This document shows positions 45,236 through 54,768 of a stretch of 64,000 bases of DNA, in pieces. The DNA is taken from assembly GCA_049517315.1 (NCBI GenBank), contig JBEKSE010000002.1, positions 17,202 through 81,201 on the forward strand, in the 5' to 3' direction. The notes beneath the pieces are model-generated. The model made no database searches. It was not told the origin of the DNA and was given only the letters and a program-made list of their open reading frames with translations. The DNA comes from Terracidiphilus sp. GTDB lineage: Bacteria > Acidobacteriota > Terriglobia > Terriglobales > Acidobacteriaceae. Made by a program: the position numbers and the translations under genes. How positions within the stretch are numbered: position 1 is the first letter of the stretch; the number at the start of each line of letters is the position of its first letter.

Positions 45236-46605
45236 TGCGCGCCTCTTCGCAGAATGATGGTTTTAATTGTCTCGAACATAATGAGCAGATCGAGACCGAT
45301 CGACTGGTGCTTGACGTAATAAAGATCGAATTCGAGTTTGCGCTTTGTTTCTTCCAGGCTTGCGCCGTACCGGTAGCGCACCTGCGCCCAGCCGGTAATC
45401 CCTGGTCGAATCATGTGGCGAAGGTCGTAAAAGGGAATTTCGTCACTGAGCCATTTCACGAATTCCGGGCGCTCAGGGCGGGGTCCGACAAAGGCCATAT
45501 CTCCGCGAAGAACGTTCCAGAGTTGCGGAATTTCGTCGAGCCTGGTATTGCGCAAATACCTGCCGGCCCGAGTGACGCGCGGGTCGTCTTTGGACGCCCA
45601 CACGGCTCCTTGCGCTTCAGAGTCTTGCCGCATGGTGCGGAACTTGTAGGCGGTAAACAAACGCCCGCGTTGCCCGACACGTGTCTGGCTGAAAAAAATC
45701 GGTCCCGGCGAAGATAGGCGCACCGCAAGAATGATCAACGGAAGGAATGGCAGGCAGATAGTCAGCGCGACAAAGGAGACCACGAAGGAAAGCAGACGCC
45801 GGAAGAGCTGCTGCGACGTGCTCATGCGGAAGCCTTCAGTGAAGATAAGAACGCTCGGATTGAGTCCGTCCAGCGGCAATTTGCCCGATAGCCGCTCCAT
45901 AAGCGAACTGGAATTCTCAATGACGACACCGCAGAGGCGAAGGTCAAGCAGTTCCCGAACAGGCATCGATTCGCGACGGTCCTCCATGGCAACCACAACG
46001 CGATCAACTCCGGGCCGAGGACCGCGAAAGCCACGAAGGTCGGCCGAGAAACGATCTGCTTGACTGGGGCCTTCGCTTGCGCCTTGCCATCCTACGACTT
46101 CCATGCCGGCATCGCGACTGCCCCGTAGTTGATCGACAACTGCGCGAGCTCGTTCGCCGCAACCCAGAACATAAACCCGTTCCCTAAACATGGGGAGACC
46201 AATAATCCACTCATAGGCCCCGCGCCAGAGGACAAGGAGAACCGCAAGAATGGAAACCCCAACGGACAAAACATAAGGGCCGACATCCAGGTCCGGGAAG
46301 CAATAGACGAGTCCAGCGAGGACAAAAGACAGCACGCTGAGAACCAGCAGCAGACGAAAATAAATCTCCCAGTCCTCGGAGATGCGCCGTGGTTCGTACA
46401 GGTCGAAGTAATATGTGAGTAGCAGTGTGAGCACAGTTATGCCGGCAATCTTCAGCAAGCCGGCCTCATAAATTAGAACAATGTATGCATCCGGACCCAT
46501 GAGGAAAGTGGTGGCCAGCAGAAATGAACTGCCAACGAGGAGCACCTCGCAAATAAGAAGCACCAAAGTCCGAGTTGGATAATAGACATTGAAAAGTCTG
46601 ATCAT
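45232..46605 (-). CDS. Priming undecaprenyl-phosphate sugar transferase (exosortase/PEP-CTERM-system type)
   Basis: Four N-terminal TM; Rossmann-like middle region; KFRTM, DPRVT, DEIPQLWNVLRGDMAFVGPRPER, RPGITGWAQ. Confidence 0.93.
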   Translation of the reverse strand: MIRLFNVYYPTRTLVLLICEVLLVGSSFLLATTFLMGPDAYIVLIYEAGLLKIAGITVLTLLLTYYFDLYEPRRISEDWEIYFRLLLVLSVLSFVLAGLVYCFPDLDVGPYVLSVGVSILAVLLVLWRGAYEWIIGLPMFRERVYVLGCGERARAVVDQLRGSRDAGMEVVGWQGASEGPSQADRFSADLRGFRGPRPGVDRVVVAMEDRRESMPVRELLDLRLCGVVIENSSSLMERLSGKLPLDGLNPSVLIFTEGFRMSTSQQLFRRLLSFVVSFVALTICLPFLPLIILAVRLSSPGPIFFSQTRVGQRGRLFTAYKFRTMRQDSEAQGAVWASKDDPRVTRAGRYLRNTRLDEIPQLWNVLRGDMAFVGPRPERPEFVKWLSDEIPFYDLRHMIRPGITGWAQVRYRYGASLEETKRKLEFDLYYVKHQSIGLDLLIMFETIKTIILRRGAQ

Positions 46606-47522
46606 CCTTGCCGCCGCTTATCCTTTCGTGTGGGCGATCCGATGCTCGCGTCCTGCTTGCCATAGTCGTAGTAATACGAAGTGCGGCGCGGAGAATCCTT
46701 GACCGCATTCAGCACAAACCCCAGGATGCGCGAATTGGCGAAGGCGGCCTGCGCGCGCTGCGCAACATCGTAAGGCGTGGCTGCTCCGCGGGCAACAAGC
46801 AGCACTGCATCGGCGGCGCGAGCCACGTCGATTGCGTCCGCAAACGCGAGCACCGGCGGAGAGTCGATCAGGATCCAGTCAAAGTGCGGTGAAAGGGCGG
46901 CTACCAGTTCTTCGATGCGATGATTGGCAACGAGTTCCGACGAGTTGTCGCCACCCGCACCAGCGGGAATAAACGCGAGATCCGGAATGCCTCGCGTGAC
47001 GCCCCCTTCAACAATTCGGGGATTCTCGTTGCGCTGCAGGATGTCGGTCACCTCTGCGGGTCCAGCGAGATACTCCGTGAGTCCAGGCGCGCTTGGCGCG
47101 CCCAAAATTGCATGGAGTGCTGGCCTGCGCAGATCGGCGTCAATGAGCAAAACAGTGTTATTCCGGTTGCGCGCCAGGCTCACCGCCAGATTCGCCACTA
47201 CATAGGTCTTGCCCTCCGCCGGCATACCGCTGCTGACAAGGATTGTCTTGAGCGGATTCTGATCGCGAAACTGGTAGATTTGCGAGCGCAGGGCGCGAAA
47301 TTGCTCGATGCTTTCGCCGCGGTCTCCGAGCGTCGGAAGTGAGACCAGGGATGGTTTCCATGAATGCAGAACCGTGTTCTCAAGGCTGACACCGGCCTCG
47401 ATCGGCGGCAAATCCTCTGGGCCGGACTCAAAGTACGGTTCAGGATTTTCAGGGGCGTCCTTTCCCTGGGCGGCTTGCCGCTCAAGATCAGCCCTTTGAA
47501 GTGCATCGTATATGCGGCTCAT
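46602..47522 (-). CDS. CpsD/CapB family BY-kinase (standalone tyrosine kinase)
   Basis: EGKT (Walker A), LIDADLRRP, LIDSPP, C-terminal Tyr cluster SYYYDY. Confidence 0.92.
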   Translation of the reverse strand: MSRIYDALQRADLERQAAQGKDAPENPEPYFESGPEDLPPIEAGVSLENTVLHSWKPSLVSLPTLGDRGESIEQFRALRSQIYQFRDQNPLKTILVSSGMPAEGKTYVVANLAVSLARNRNNTVLLIDADLRRPALHAILGAPSAPGLTEYLAGPAEVTDILQRNENPRIVEGGVTRGIPDLAFIPAGAGGDNSSELVANHRIEELVAALSPHFDWILIDSPPVLAFADAIDVARAADAVLLVARGAATPYDVAQRAQAAFANSRILGFVLNAVKDSPRRTSYYYDYGKQDASIGSPTRKDKRRQG

Positions 47523-48451
47523 ATTTCACGTTCCTTCAATGAATCCATGCCGTCGGCGACGGGCGTTATGCTGTTGAGCATATTGGTTTGCATGGTGCGC
47601 TTCATCAACACTTGCATAGCGGGAAACGAGATCATAAAAGGATGCTCGGCAAGGTCGAGTTCCAGGCCAACCGATTCGACAATGTGCGACGGAATCGGCT
47701 TGACCTGTTCGGCATAAGCGTCGATCAAGGCGTGTTCGCAGATCAAATTGATGATGCGGGGAATTCCCTTCGAGTAGCGATAGACAAGCTCCGCAGCCTC
47801 CGGCAAAAACACAAGCTCCCTGGCTCCTGCGATGCGCAATCTCTCTTCCATGTAAGCCTGCGTCTCCTCGCCATTCAGCGGCTTGGTTCTGCACCACAGA
47901 GAGACACGCTGGCGAAGCTGACGAAGGTTGGCGTTGTAAAGTTTCTCTTCAAACTCAGGCTGGCCGGATAGAACGATCTGAACAAGTTTCTCTGAAGCGG
48001 TCTCGAGATTGGTCAGCAAGCGAATCTCCTCGAGAAGTTCCCAGGAAAGGTCTTGCGCTTCATCAACCACGATGGCGCATAACTGACGGGCGCGGAAGCG
48101 TTCGATGAGCCAGCTATTGAGCTGCAAGAGCATTGCCGACTTCGTCCTTGTCTGAGGAGGAATACCAAAGTCAGTCAGCACCATCTCAAAAAAATCGAGT
48201 ACATCGAGACGAGGATTGGAAATGAAAGCTGTTGAGATGCGCCCCTTGGCGAACGTGTCCAGGACCGACCTGAGCAAGGTTGTCTTTCCTGTTCCAACTT
48301 CTCCTGTCAACACCACAAAGCCCTTGCGTGCCGCAATGCCGTATTGCAGGCAGGCGAGGGCTTCCTTGATCTGCGGTCTCAGGAAGAGAAATCGCGGATC
48401 TGGACTGGCTCCGAAAGGAAGGGCGCGAAGGCCGAAGAAGGATCTATACAT
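47519..48451 (-). CDS. ExeA-like AAA ATPase (exosortase-system associated)
   Basis: FFGLRALPF...PDPRF, GEVGTGKT, VDEAQ, LSGQPE, GIPRIIN. Confidence 0.9.
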   Translation of the reverse strand: MYRSFFGLRALPFGASPDPRFLFLRPQIKEALACLQYGIAARKGFVVLTGEVGTGKTTLLRSVLDTFAKGRISTAFISNPRLDVLDFFEMVLTDFGIPPQTRTKSAMLLQLNSWLIERFRARQLCAIVVDEAQDLSWELLEEIRLLTNLETASEKLVQIVLSGQPEFEEKLYNANLRQLRQRVSLWCRTKPLNGEETQAYMEERLRIAGARELVFLPEAAELVYRYSKGIPRIINLICEHALIDAYAEQVKPIPSHIVESVGLELDLAEHPFMISFPAMQVLMKRTMQTNMLNSITPVADGMDSLKEREI

Positions 48452-48453
48452 AG

Positions 48454-49992
48454 CTATCCGGACGCGCTTTCAATGGGTTCGGTAGTTCGAGAGAATAGCT
48501 TTCCCCGCTTGCGGCGTGCGTGCGGGTGATCCAGTTCGTTGACGTAAGAGATGACGGCTAGCGTTGGCAGCTTGGTAAAGGCCCAAACATCGCCTTCATT
48601 ACGCAGGGAAATATCGCGGTACTCTAGCCACCCAGCGAGCATCAAACCTAGAAAAAGACCAGATGCAAGGCCCCCGCCGGCAAACATCAAATGGTTAGGA
48701 AAACTAGGCGCGTCCGGAAGGTTGGGAGCATCCATCACGCGGAACTGTTCGCCCTGCTGCCGGTGTTCAAGAGCGGTTGCCATGGACGACTCGTTCATCT
48801 TGGTCAGAAGAGTGTTGTAGAACTGGAGGGCCGTTTCATGGTCGCGCGTGATCTGCTTGTACTGCTCCTCGACCATTGGGCTTGACTCAATCCTCGCTTC
48901 GTAGGTGCGAACCTGCTGCTCAATTCGATTCTGTTCCTGCTTGGCGAGGGACAGCGATTGTCTTTCACCGCGAAGTTGCGCCTTCAACTGCTGGAGTTGC
49001 GGCGAATCGGGACGAACCGTAGCAGGCTTGCCTTTCACTGGTTTGGCTGTGTCTTGCGCTGGCTCCTTGGCCGTGTCTTGCGCCATCTCCGCGCGCAGAT
49101 TGTCAATCCTTCGCTTCATCGCTACTACATCCGGATAATCGGGCGTGTAGAGCGCCTCCAATTCTTTCTCCTGCTTGAGCGCATCCTTGAGCTGAGAACT
49201 TAGTGAGTCAGGCGAGGAGCCCGTAAAGGGATCGGCGTTGGACGAATCCTGCGGCTGCTGGGCAATCATGGTCTCTATGAATGTCACATTCTGCTGCAGG
49301 CGATTCACCGACTGCGTTGCGGCGTCAAGCTGGGTCGTGAGTGCTGTAAGAGTGTTCGTATTCGCCGATTCCTGTTCGGGAAGTTTGCCAATGTACTGGC
49401 GCTCGAAGGCCGCGAGCTTTGCGTCCTGTTCGTCAAGATTCCTTTTCGAATCCGCGAGTTGCTGCCTCAGAAAATCTGTGGTGCCCTCGGCGGACTCCTC
49501 GCGCGCGCTTAAATTCGCGCTGATAAAGAGCGATGTGATCTCGCCACATACCTGCTGGGCAGTGCGCGCGTCCTGCGCCTTGAATGTGATATAAAAACCC
49601 GGCATTCCATGAGACGACTGGCCGGCAGGGATCGGATCCACCTTAATTGCTCTTCGCGTCATATCGACACGGTCATCCATGGTGTACTTATTGCCGGCAT
49701 ACAAGCCAAATCGCTCGATGATCGGCTCAATGCGCGAGCGGCTCAGTATCTGTTCCTGCATCGACGCCAGCCGCGCGCCCAGATCTTCATCGACGACCGG
49801 CTTCACATAGTCTTCCGGAACCTTCTGCTGCTCAATGAGCACCAGCGTCTTTGACACGTACTGCGGCGGCAGGGTGTAGCTGACGCCGAGACCAATCGCC
49901 AGAAGGAGGATCGCGGAAATCGAAATCAGCCAGAACCGCCGTTTCAATATTTCCTCGTAGTCCTGCATTGTCAGTTCACGATGCCCGAGCAT
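48454..49992 (-). CDS. Polysaccharide co-polymerase (Wzz/Wzc-N, GumC family)
   Basis: Two terminal TM helices around a coiled-coil periplasmic region; YTPDYPDV; GEQFRVMD. Confidence 0.9.
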   Translation of the reverse strand: MLGHRELTMQDYEEILKRRFWLISISAILLLAIGLGVSYTLPPQYVSKTLVLIEQQKVPEDYVKPVVDEDLGARLASMQEQILSRSRIEPIIERFGLYAGNKYTMDDRVDMTRRAIKVDPIPAGQSSHGMPGFYITFKAQDARTAQQVCGEITSLFISANLSAREESAEGTTDFLRQQLADSKRNLDEQDAKLAAFERQYIGKLPEQESANTNTLTALTTQLDAATQSVNRLQQNVTFIETMIAQQPQDSSNADPFTGSSPDSLSSQLKDALKQEKELEALYTPDYPDVVAMKRRIDNLRAEMAQDTAKEPAQDTAKPVKGKPATVRPDSPQLQQLKAQLRGERQSLSLAKQEQNRIEQQVRTYEARIESSPMVEEQYKQITRDHETALQFYNTLLTKMNESSMATALEHRQQGEQFRVMDAPNLPDAPSFPNHLMFAGGGLASGLFLGLMLAGWLEYRDISLRNEGDVWAFTKLPTLAVISYVNELDHPHARRKRGKLFSRTTEPIESASG

Positions 49993-50008
49993 AGTCCTCC
50001 CTGATGAG

Positions 50009-51256
50009 TTACTTCTTCAAGTTGATATCCCGCGGAGAGTAGGCGACGCCGAATCCGACCACCTGCGACAGCCCGTTGACAATATTTGCCGAGAGCCCGG
50101 CGTTCGATGACTGCTGAATTGCCGTGTAATTTGCAAACACCGTGAAGTATCTGCCAAATCGCCGCGTAGCCGACACCTCTCCAAGCTCCGTGTTCGTTGC
50201 GACGGTTTCATCGAGCTGCAGTGCCAGGCCCTGGGTGCGCATGTACGAGCCCGTTGCGCTGACGGTCCATCTCCTTCCGAACAGTTGCGTGATCGCTCCG
50301 GAGACATCGTCGTTGTGTATGGCAACCTCAGTTGCCTCCCCGGCGCCTCCGGTAACTCCCCTGATATAGCTGACCGTTGCCGTCGTTGAGGTCCTTAGGG
50401 CGTAGGTCGCATTCGCATTGGCAGTGAGACTCGTCGACGGAGGAACGAGTGGGTTGTTAGAGGTCTGTACCCACTCCGGCCCAGCCGAAACGCTCGTCTT
50501 GAACTGCCTGTTCCATGTGCGAAGGTAGCCAAACAGCGCGGATTGTGTGTCCATGGTCAGCTGGGGGTACGCTGGATAGCTGAATTCCCCATAAATGTAC
50601 TGGCCGAAAAGTGAATTCCGCGCGTCCAGCCGCCTGGTCATTTGTCCGTTCGCCTGCACCGAATCGGTAGCCAGTCCAATCCCATCCGGAAACCTGAGGA
50701 TCGAGTATCTGCCGCCGAGATCAAGGCTTGTTGCATGGCCGATAGTGTGCGTGAAATCCGGACCGACGGTGTTAGAAACGCTTCTCAGGTTTTGTGTCAG
50801 AATCGGCTGGGTCGGGTAGCCCGGCTCGCCCGGCAGGGTGCCCACGCCAATGATTCCCGAAAATCCAGTGACTGGCGCTTGAGGCATGTAGCTCGCTTCA
50901 TCCATCAGCTTCAGCGACCAGTCGCGCCTGACTAACCCTTCTGAAACCAACATGTGCTGGAACACCCCGGTTTCATTTGGCGGGCCGGATATGGTCCAGC
51001 TATCGCCGCCGGTATAGACCAGGGCAAGGGGATGCACTGCGCTTGTATTTGCGTAGGCCAACTCTCCGGAAGCTACGCCCATCTGCTCTGTGTATCCGTC
51101 GTAGAACTGCGCGGTCTGCGTGTAGCGCAAATCGTAGTGAAGGGTCCCGCTGATCGGCAGCCGGTAGTAAGGACCTTCAATCGAGGGTACAACCTGCGCT
51201 CCTGCCGCGGAGCTAACAACGAAGAAAATTGCCCAGAGTGTGCTGCTTGCTTTCAT
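50009..51256 (-). CDS. Outer-membrane beta-barrel protein (EPS export-associated)
   Basis: Signal peptide; alternating hydrophobic/aromatic strand pattern; located between the OPX and co-polymerase genes. Confidence 0.7.
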   Translation of the reverse strand: MKASSTLWAIFFVVSSAAGAQVVPSIEGPYYRLPISGTLHYDLRYTQTAQFYDGYTEQMGVASGELAYANTSAVHPLALVYTGGDSWTISGPPNETGVFQHMLVSEGLVRRDWSLKLMDEASYMPQAPVTGFSGIIGVGTLPGEPGYPTQPILTQNLRSVSNTVGPDFTHTIGHATSLDLGGRYSILRFPDGIGLATDSVQANGQMTRRLDARNSLFGQYIYGEFSYPAYPQLTMDTQSALFGYLRTWNRQFKTSVSAGPEWVQTSNNPLVPPSTSLTANANATYALRTSTTATVSYIRGVTGGAGEATEVAIHNDDVSGAITQLFGRRWTVSATGSYMRTQGLALQLDETVATNTELGEVSATRRFGRYFTVFANYTAIQQSSNAGLSANIVNGLSQVVGFGVAYSPRDINLKK

Positions 51257-51265
51257 TTGGCACCC

Positions 51266-51853
51266 CTACGGTACAACAATCGTATCGCCCGGATTCAAAT
51301 CGAGATTGAGTGAGATGTCGCCCTTCAACGCTCGCTTGTATTGCATGGGAATCTTCTTTTCTTTCCCGTCATCAATGCGCAAAATATAAATCCTCTTTGA
51401 GTTGGCGAACTGCGTGAGTCCGCCGGCGGTGGCAATTGCCTGAAGGAAGGTCATGCCGGGAGTCATTTCCTCCGGCCCGGGTTTTGCAACTTCGCCGAGC
51501 AGGTAAATCTTCTTGCTGTTCACCTGGGCCAGGACAACCGTGACATTAGGATCCTGAATGAACTTCTTGAGCATGACCGTAATTTCGTCGGCCAACTGCT
51601 GCGTTGTCCTTCCGGCAGCCCTGACATCGCCGAGAAGAGGCATCGAAATCATTCCGTCAGGCCGGACGAGCAAACTGCTCGACAAGGTTGGCTCTTTGAA
51701 TACGGTTACGGTGATATTGTCGGACGCGCCGATGATGTAGCTTTCGGGCACAGCCGACTTGGCCGCGTCTTTTGCAGCAGGCATTTTGTCCTGAGCGGGG
51801 CAGAATAGTGCCGGAAAAAGAACTGCCGCCGCGAGAAGGCTTCCAGATTTCAT
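51266..51853 (-). CDS. Short polysaccharide export (OPX/Wza-like) protein
   Basis: YIIGASD, VRPDGMISMPLLG, IYLLGEV, LNPGDTIVVP; only 195 aa with no C-terminal helix. Confidence 0.9.
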   Translation of the reverse strand: MKSGSLLAAAVLFPALFCPAQDKMPAAKDAAKSAVPESYIIGASDNITVTVFKEPTLSSSLLVRPDGMISMPLLGDVRAAGRTTQQLADEITVMLKKFIQDPNVTVVLAQVNSKKIYLLGEVAKPGPEEMTPGMTFLQAIATAGGLTQFANSKRIYILRIDDGKEKKIPMQYKRALKGDISLNLDLNPGDTIVVP

Positions 51854-52785
51854 TGTGCGACTCCGTTCCTGCAGAACGCGGAGTGGTTTTCCGCTTCGAT
51901 CTGCTTGAGTTTGTAAAGCAAGGCCTTATAGCTGATTCCCAAATCGGCCGCTGCGCGCTTCCGATTGCCGCCGGTGGAAATCAGAACCTCTGAGATCAAC
52001 TGGCGTTCGAGCTGGATCGAGGAGGCCCGCGTGGCTTCCTTCAACAGCAAATGCCTGCGATTTTCATTCGGCCGGCCAGATTGCGCCGCCGCGTTGATGG
52101 CCGCGAGAGAAATTGCCTGGTCTCCGATGGCCACGAATGTCTTGATTGCGGTTTGAAGTTCAGACAGATTGCCGGGCCACCTATGCTCCATCAGGTGACC
52201 GATGATTTCCTTGCAGAGAACCGGCTTGGGGCGGTCAAACTGTTTGGAGTACTGCGCCAAAAGCTCATCGGCAATGGGAAGAATCTCCGACTTACGGCAG
52301 CGTAGCGGGGGAACCTGGAGCGTCACGGCTGAGATGAAGTAGTAGAAATCCTCTCTCAGGCGCCATGACTTCACTTCTCTTGGCAGGTCGCGGCTTGAAC
52401 CAAACAAGAGACGGCAGGTTTGCACCTGCTCGGAGCGAAAATACGAGTTGACGATCAGCTCTTGCATGGAAAGGCTAAGGTCCGTTATTTCAGAAAGATA
52501 CACCGTGCCGGGAGTTGATAGCGCAGCCTGCAGGGCCTGCGCGTCCGCATCAAAGCAACGAATCTCCTGAAAAGCGTTGCGGGATAGATGCGATTGTGCG
52601 TGGATCTGCGCGGCAACAAACCGCTTCCCGGCGCCGCGCTCGCCCAGAATCAAGACAGGGCAATCGGTTTCGGCAATCCGGGCGATCGCGTTTTGAGCGC
52701 GCGTCTCGGAAGCATGGGCGGCTCTCGCCTGCCTTTTTCCATTGTGGATCATTGCAATTGTTGCCATTTGGGGACCAAACTTCAC
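51850..52785 (-). CDS. Degenerate sigma54-interaction (bEBP-like) regulator with Fis-type HTH
   Basis: PVLILGERGAGK, WPGN, GGNRKRAAADLGISYKALLYKLK; no GAFTGA, no receiver domain. Alternative start at 52767. Confidence 0.8.
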   Translation of the reverse strand: MKFGPQMATIAMIHNGKRQARAAHASETRAQNAIARIAETDCPVLILGERGAGKRFVAAQIHAQSHLSRNAFQEIRCFDADAQALQAALSTPGTVYLSEITDLSLSMQELIVNSYFRSEQVQTCRLLFGSSRDLPREVKSWRLREDFYYFISAVTLQVPPLRCRKSEILPIADELLAQYSKQFDRPKPVLCKEIIGHLMEHRWPGNLSELQTAIKTFVAIGDQAISLAAINAAAQSGRPNENRRHLLLKEATRASSIQLERQLISEVLISTGGNRKRAAADLGISYKALLYKLKQIEAENHSAFCRNGVAQ

Positions 52786-52951
52786 GTCGTCTTTTCAACG
52801 CAGGTTCCAAACCTGACTGTGGAATACGCGGAATATACTGCAATTGCAGGGTATGGGCTTGGGGGAGGGGAAACGCTCTCTTGGACAACGCTGACCAAGG
52901 GGGTGGAATCGTTCCCTCCTATAGGAAAACAGTGTACCATTAATTGTCTTG

Positions 52952-52977
52952 GATAGTGGAACTCATTTTCCACTATC
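52952..52977. promoter_or_regulatory. Perfect inverted repeat, candidate operator in the divergent promoter
   Basis: GATAGTGGAA-N6-TTCCACTATC (10-bp arms). Confidence 0.55.
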
Positions 52978-53108
52978 GCCGGAAGACGGATTCCCAATTG
53001 AGAGGGAGTTCATAGGGGCATTTCCCTGAATCGAAACGTTTTGTTTTCGGCCCCCGATTGCGTAATGTAAGGGTGGTACGGACCCTGTCAGGCTCAAGGA
53101 CGAGGAAA

Positions 53109-53996
53109 ATGGCTCAAGGCGTACAGACTTCAACGGCTCCCCCGTGGAACTGGCGATCGAGCCATGCCCAATTTGCGATTGGCGCGGCAGTGATATGCCT
53201 GCTGATCGCGGCGGTTTATTACAGGGTGCTCGGCAAACTGGTCGCCGACTGGTGGAATATACCGGACTTCTCCCACGGATTTCTGGTGCCCTTGTTCGCC
53301 GCATATCTTGTGTGGGAAAAGAGAGAGACCCTGCGCGGTATAAAACTCGCGCCTTCCTGGGGCGGAATTGCCGTAATGGTTCTTGGGCTGGTCGTGCTCG
53401 CTCTTGGCGTTTACGGATCAGACCTTTTTCTCTCGCGATTCTCACTGGTCATTTTGTTGGCAGGAGTGGTTCTGTGCTTTGGCGGACGGCAGTTCTTGAA
53501 GGAGCTCCGCTTCCCCTTGCTGGTCCTGTTGCTGGCCATACCGATTCCTGCCATCATCTTCAACCAGATCACTTTCCCACTCCAGATCCTTGCTTCCAAG
53601 CTTGCCAGCGGCCTGCTTCCTTTATTCGGCGTGCCCGTTCTGCGGGAGGGCAACGTCATCGAACTTCCCGCGATGAAGCTTGAGGTAGCGGAGGCCTGCA
53701 GCGGCATCCGTTCCCTGATGAGCCTGTTCACGCTGGCGGTTTTTTATGGATACTTCCTGGAGAAGTCCAATTTGCGGCGAACAGTGCTCGCAGTGGCAAG
53801 CATTCCGATCGCGATTGCCGCCAACGCAGTGCGCATTCTCGGCACCGGACTCTGCGTTCAATATTGGGACCCGGACAAAGCTATGGGCTTTTTTCACGAA
53901 TTCTCAGGCTGGGTGGTCTTCCTGGTTTCCCTGACATTTTTGTATCTTGTTCATCGCGCGATGAGCCTCATCCCGGGCAAAAGGCGGCAGATATGA
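53109..53996 (+). CDS. Exosortase (EpsH/Xrt family)
   Basis: DFSHG, VAEACSGIRSL (Cys), ANAVRI (Arg), FHEFSG (His); multi-TM; ATG 53109 behind GAGGA. Confidence 0.95.
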   Translation: MAQGVQTSTAPPWNWRSSHAQFAIGAAVICLLIAAVYYRVLGKLVADWWNIPDFSHGFLVPLFAAYLVWEKRETLRGIKLAPSWGGIAVMVLGLVVLALGVYGSDLFLSRFSLVILLAGVVLCFGGRQFLKELRFPLLVLLLAIPIPAIIFNQITFPLQILASKLASGLLPLFGVPVLREGNVIELPAMKLEVAEACSGIRSLMSLFTLAVFYGYFLEKSNLRRTVLAVASIPIAIAANAVRILGTGLCVQYWDPDKAMGFFHEFSGWVVFLVSLTFLYLVHRAMSLIPGKRRQI

Positions 53997-54634
53997 AGAA
54001 TCTTCGTTTTTGGACTGCGGTTCTGCTGCTTGCAGGAACGGCATTTTTGCTGCATACGCGCTCGAGCACAGATCGGAATCCTTTTAGTGAGCCGTTGGCG
54101 CAGTTGCCTAGCAATATCGATGGATGGACGGGAAGCGACCAGGAAATCGATCAAGATACGCTCGATGTTCTTGGAGCCGGCGACTTTCTTTCGCGCATTT
54201 ATTCACACGACGCGCAAACGGCGCCAATTGGCCTCTTCATCGGTTATTTTCCCACGCAGAGAACTGGCCAATCCATCCATTCTCCAAAGCATTGCCTGCC
54301 AGGCGCTGGATGGGTTTTTGAGTCGTCGGACTACGTCGATTTGGTCGATGTGAACGGCAAGCCGCATCGCTTGGGCGAATATATCATTAGCAACGGCGCG
54401 GCCAGGCAGTTTGTAATCTACTGGTACCAGGCGCACGGACGCAGCATAGCAAATGAATACACGGCAAAGTTTTATTTGATCGCGGATGCAATGCGGTTGA
54501 ATCGCACGGATGGGGCGCTGGTCCGAGTGATCACGCCGATTGTTCCCAACGAAGAGGTATCGGCGGCAAGAAAGCGCGCCGAGGAGTTCACTATGCGGCT
54601 TGCTCCCCTGCTGCCGCGATTTATTCCCGACTAA
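53993..54634 (+). CDS. epsI: EpsI family protein
   Basis: IHSPKHCLPGAGW, YWYQAHG, DGALVR; ATGA overlap with the exosortase. Confidence 0.92.
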   Translation: MKNLRFWTAVLLLAGTAFLLHTRSSTDRNPFSEPLAQLPSNIDGWTGSDQEIDQDTLDVLGAGDFLSRIYSHDAQTAPIGLFIGYFPTQRTGQSIHSPKHCLPGAGWVFESSDYVDLVDVNGKPHRLGEYIISNGAARQFVIYWYQAHGRSIANEYTAKFYLIADAMRLNRTDGALVRVITPIVPNEEVSAARKRAEEFTMRLAPLLPRFIPD

Positions 54635-54768
54635 GCGCATGCAACAGTTAACGTCGTGCAACTGGTAGCTTCGAGTATCAGGGCTTGAAAGACAGCCTGA
54701 AAGGATGTAGGAAAATGGAAAGCGGGTTCAAGGCATTCCTGTCCGGTTTCGATGGCGCGTGGAGACCC

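Noticed and set aside
53075-53084. GGTACGGACC as a third copy of the G-rich dispersed element
   Set aside because: Only 10 nt match, the flanks differ, and a chance hit in 64 kb is plausible.
52786-53108. Sigma54 -24/-12 promoter
   Set aside because: The best match, TGGAAC-TCATT-TTCC, lacks the conserved -12 GC and is better explained by the palindrome.
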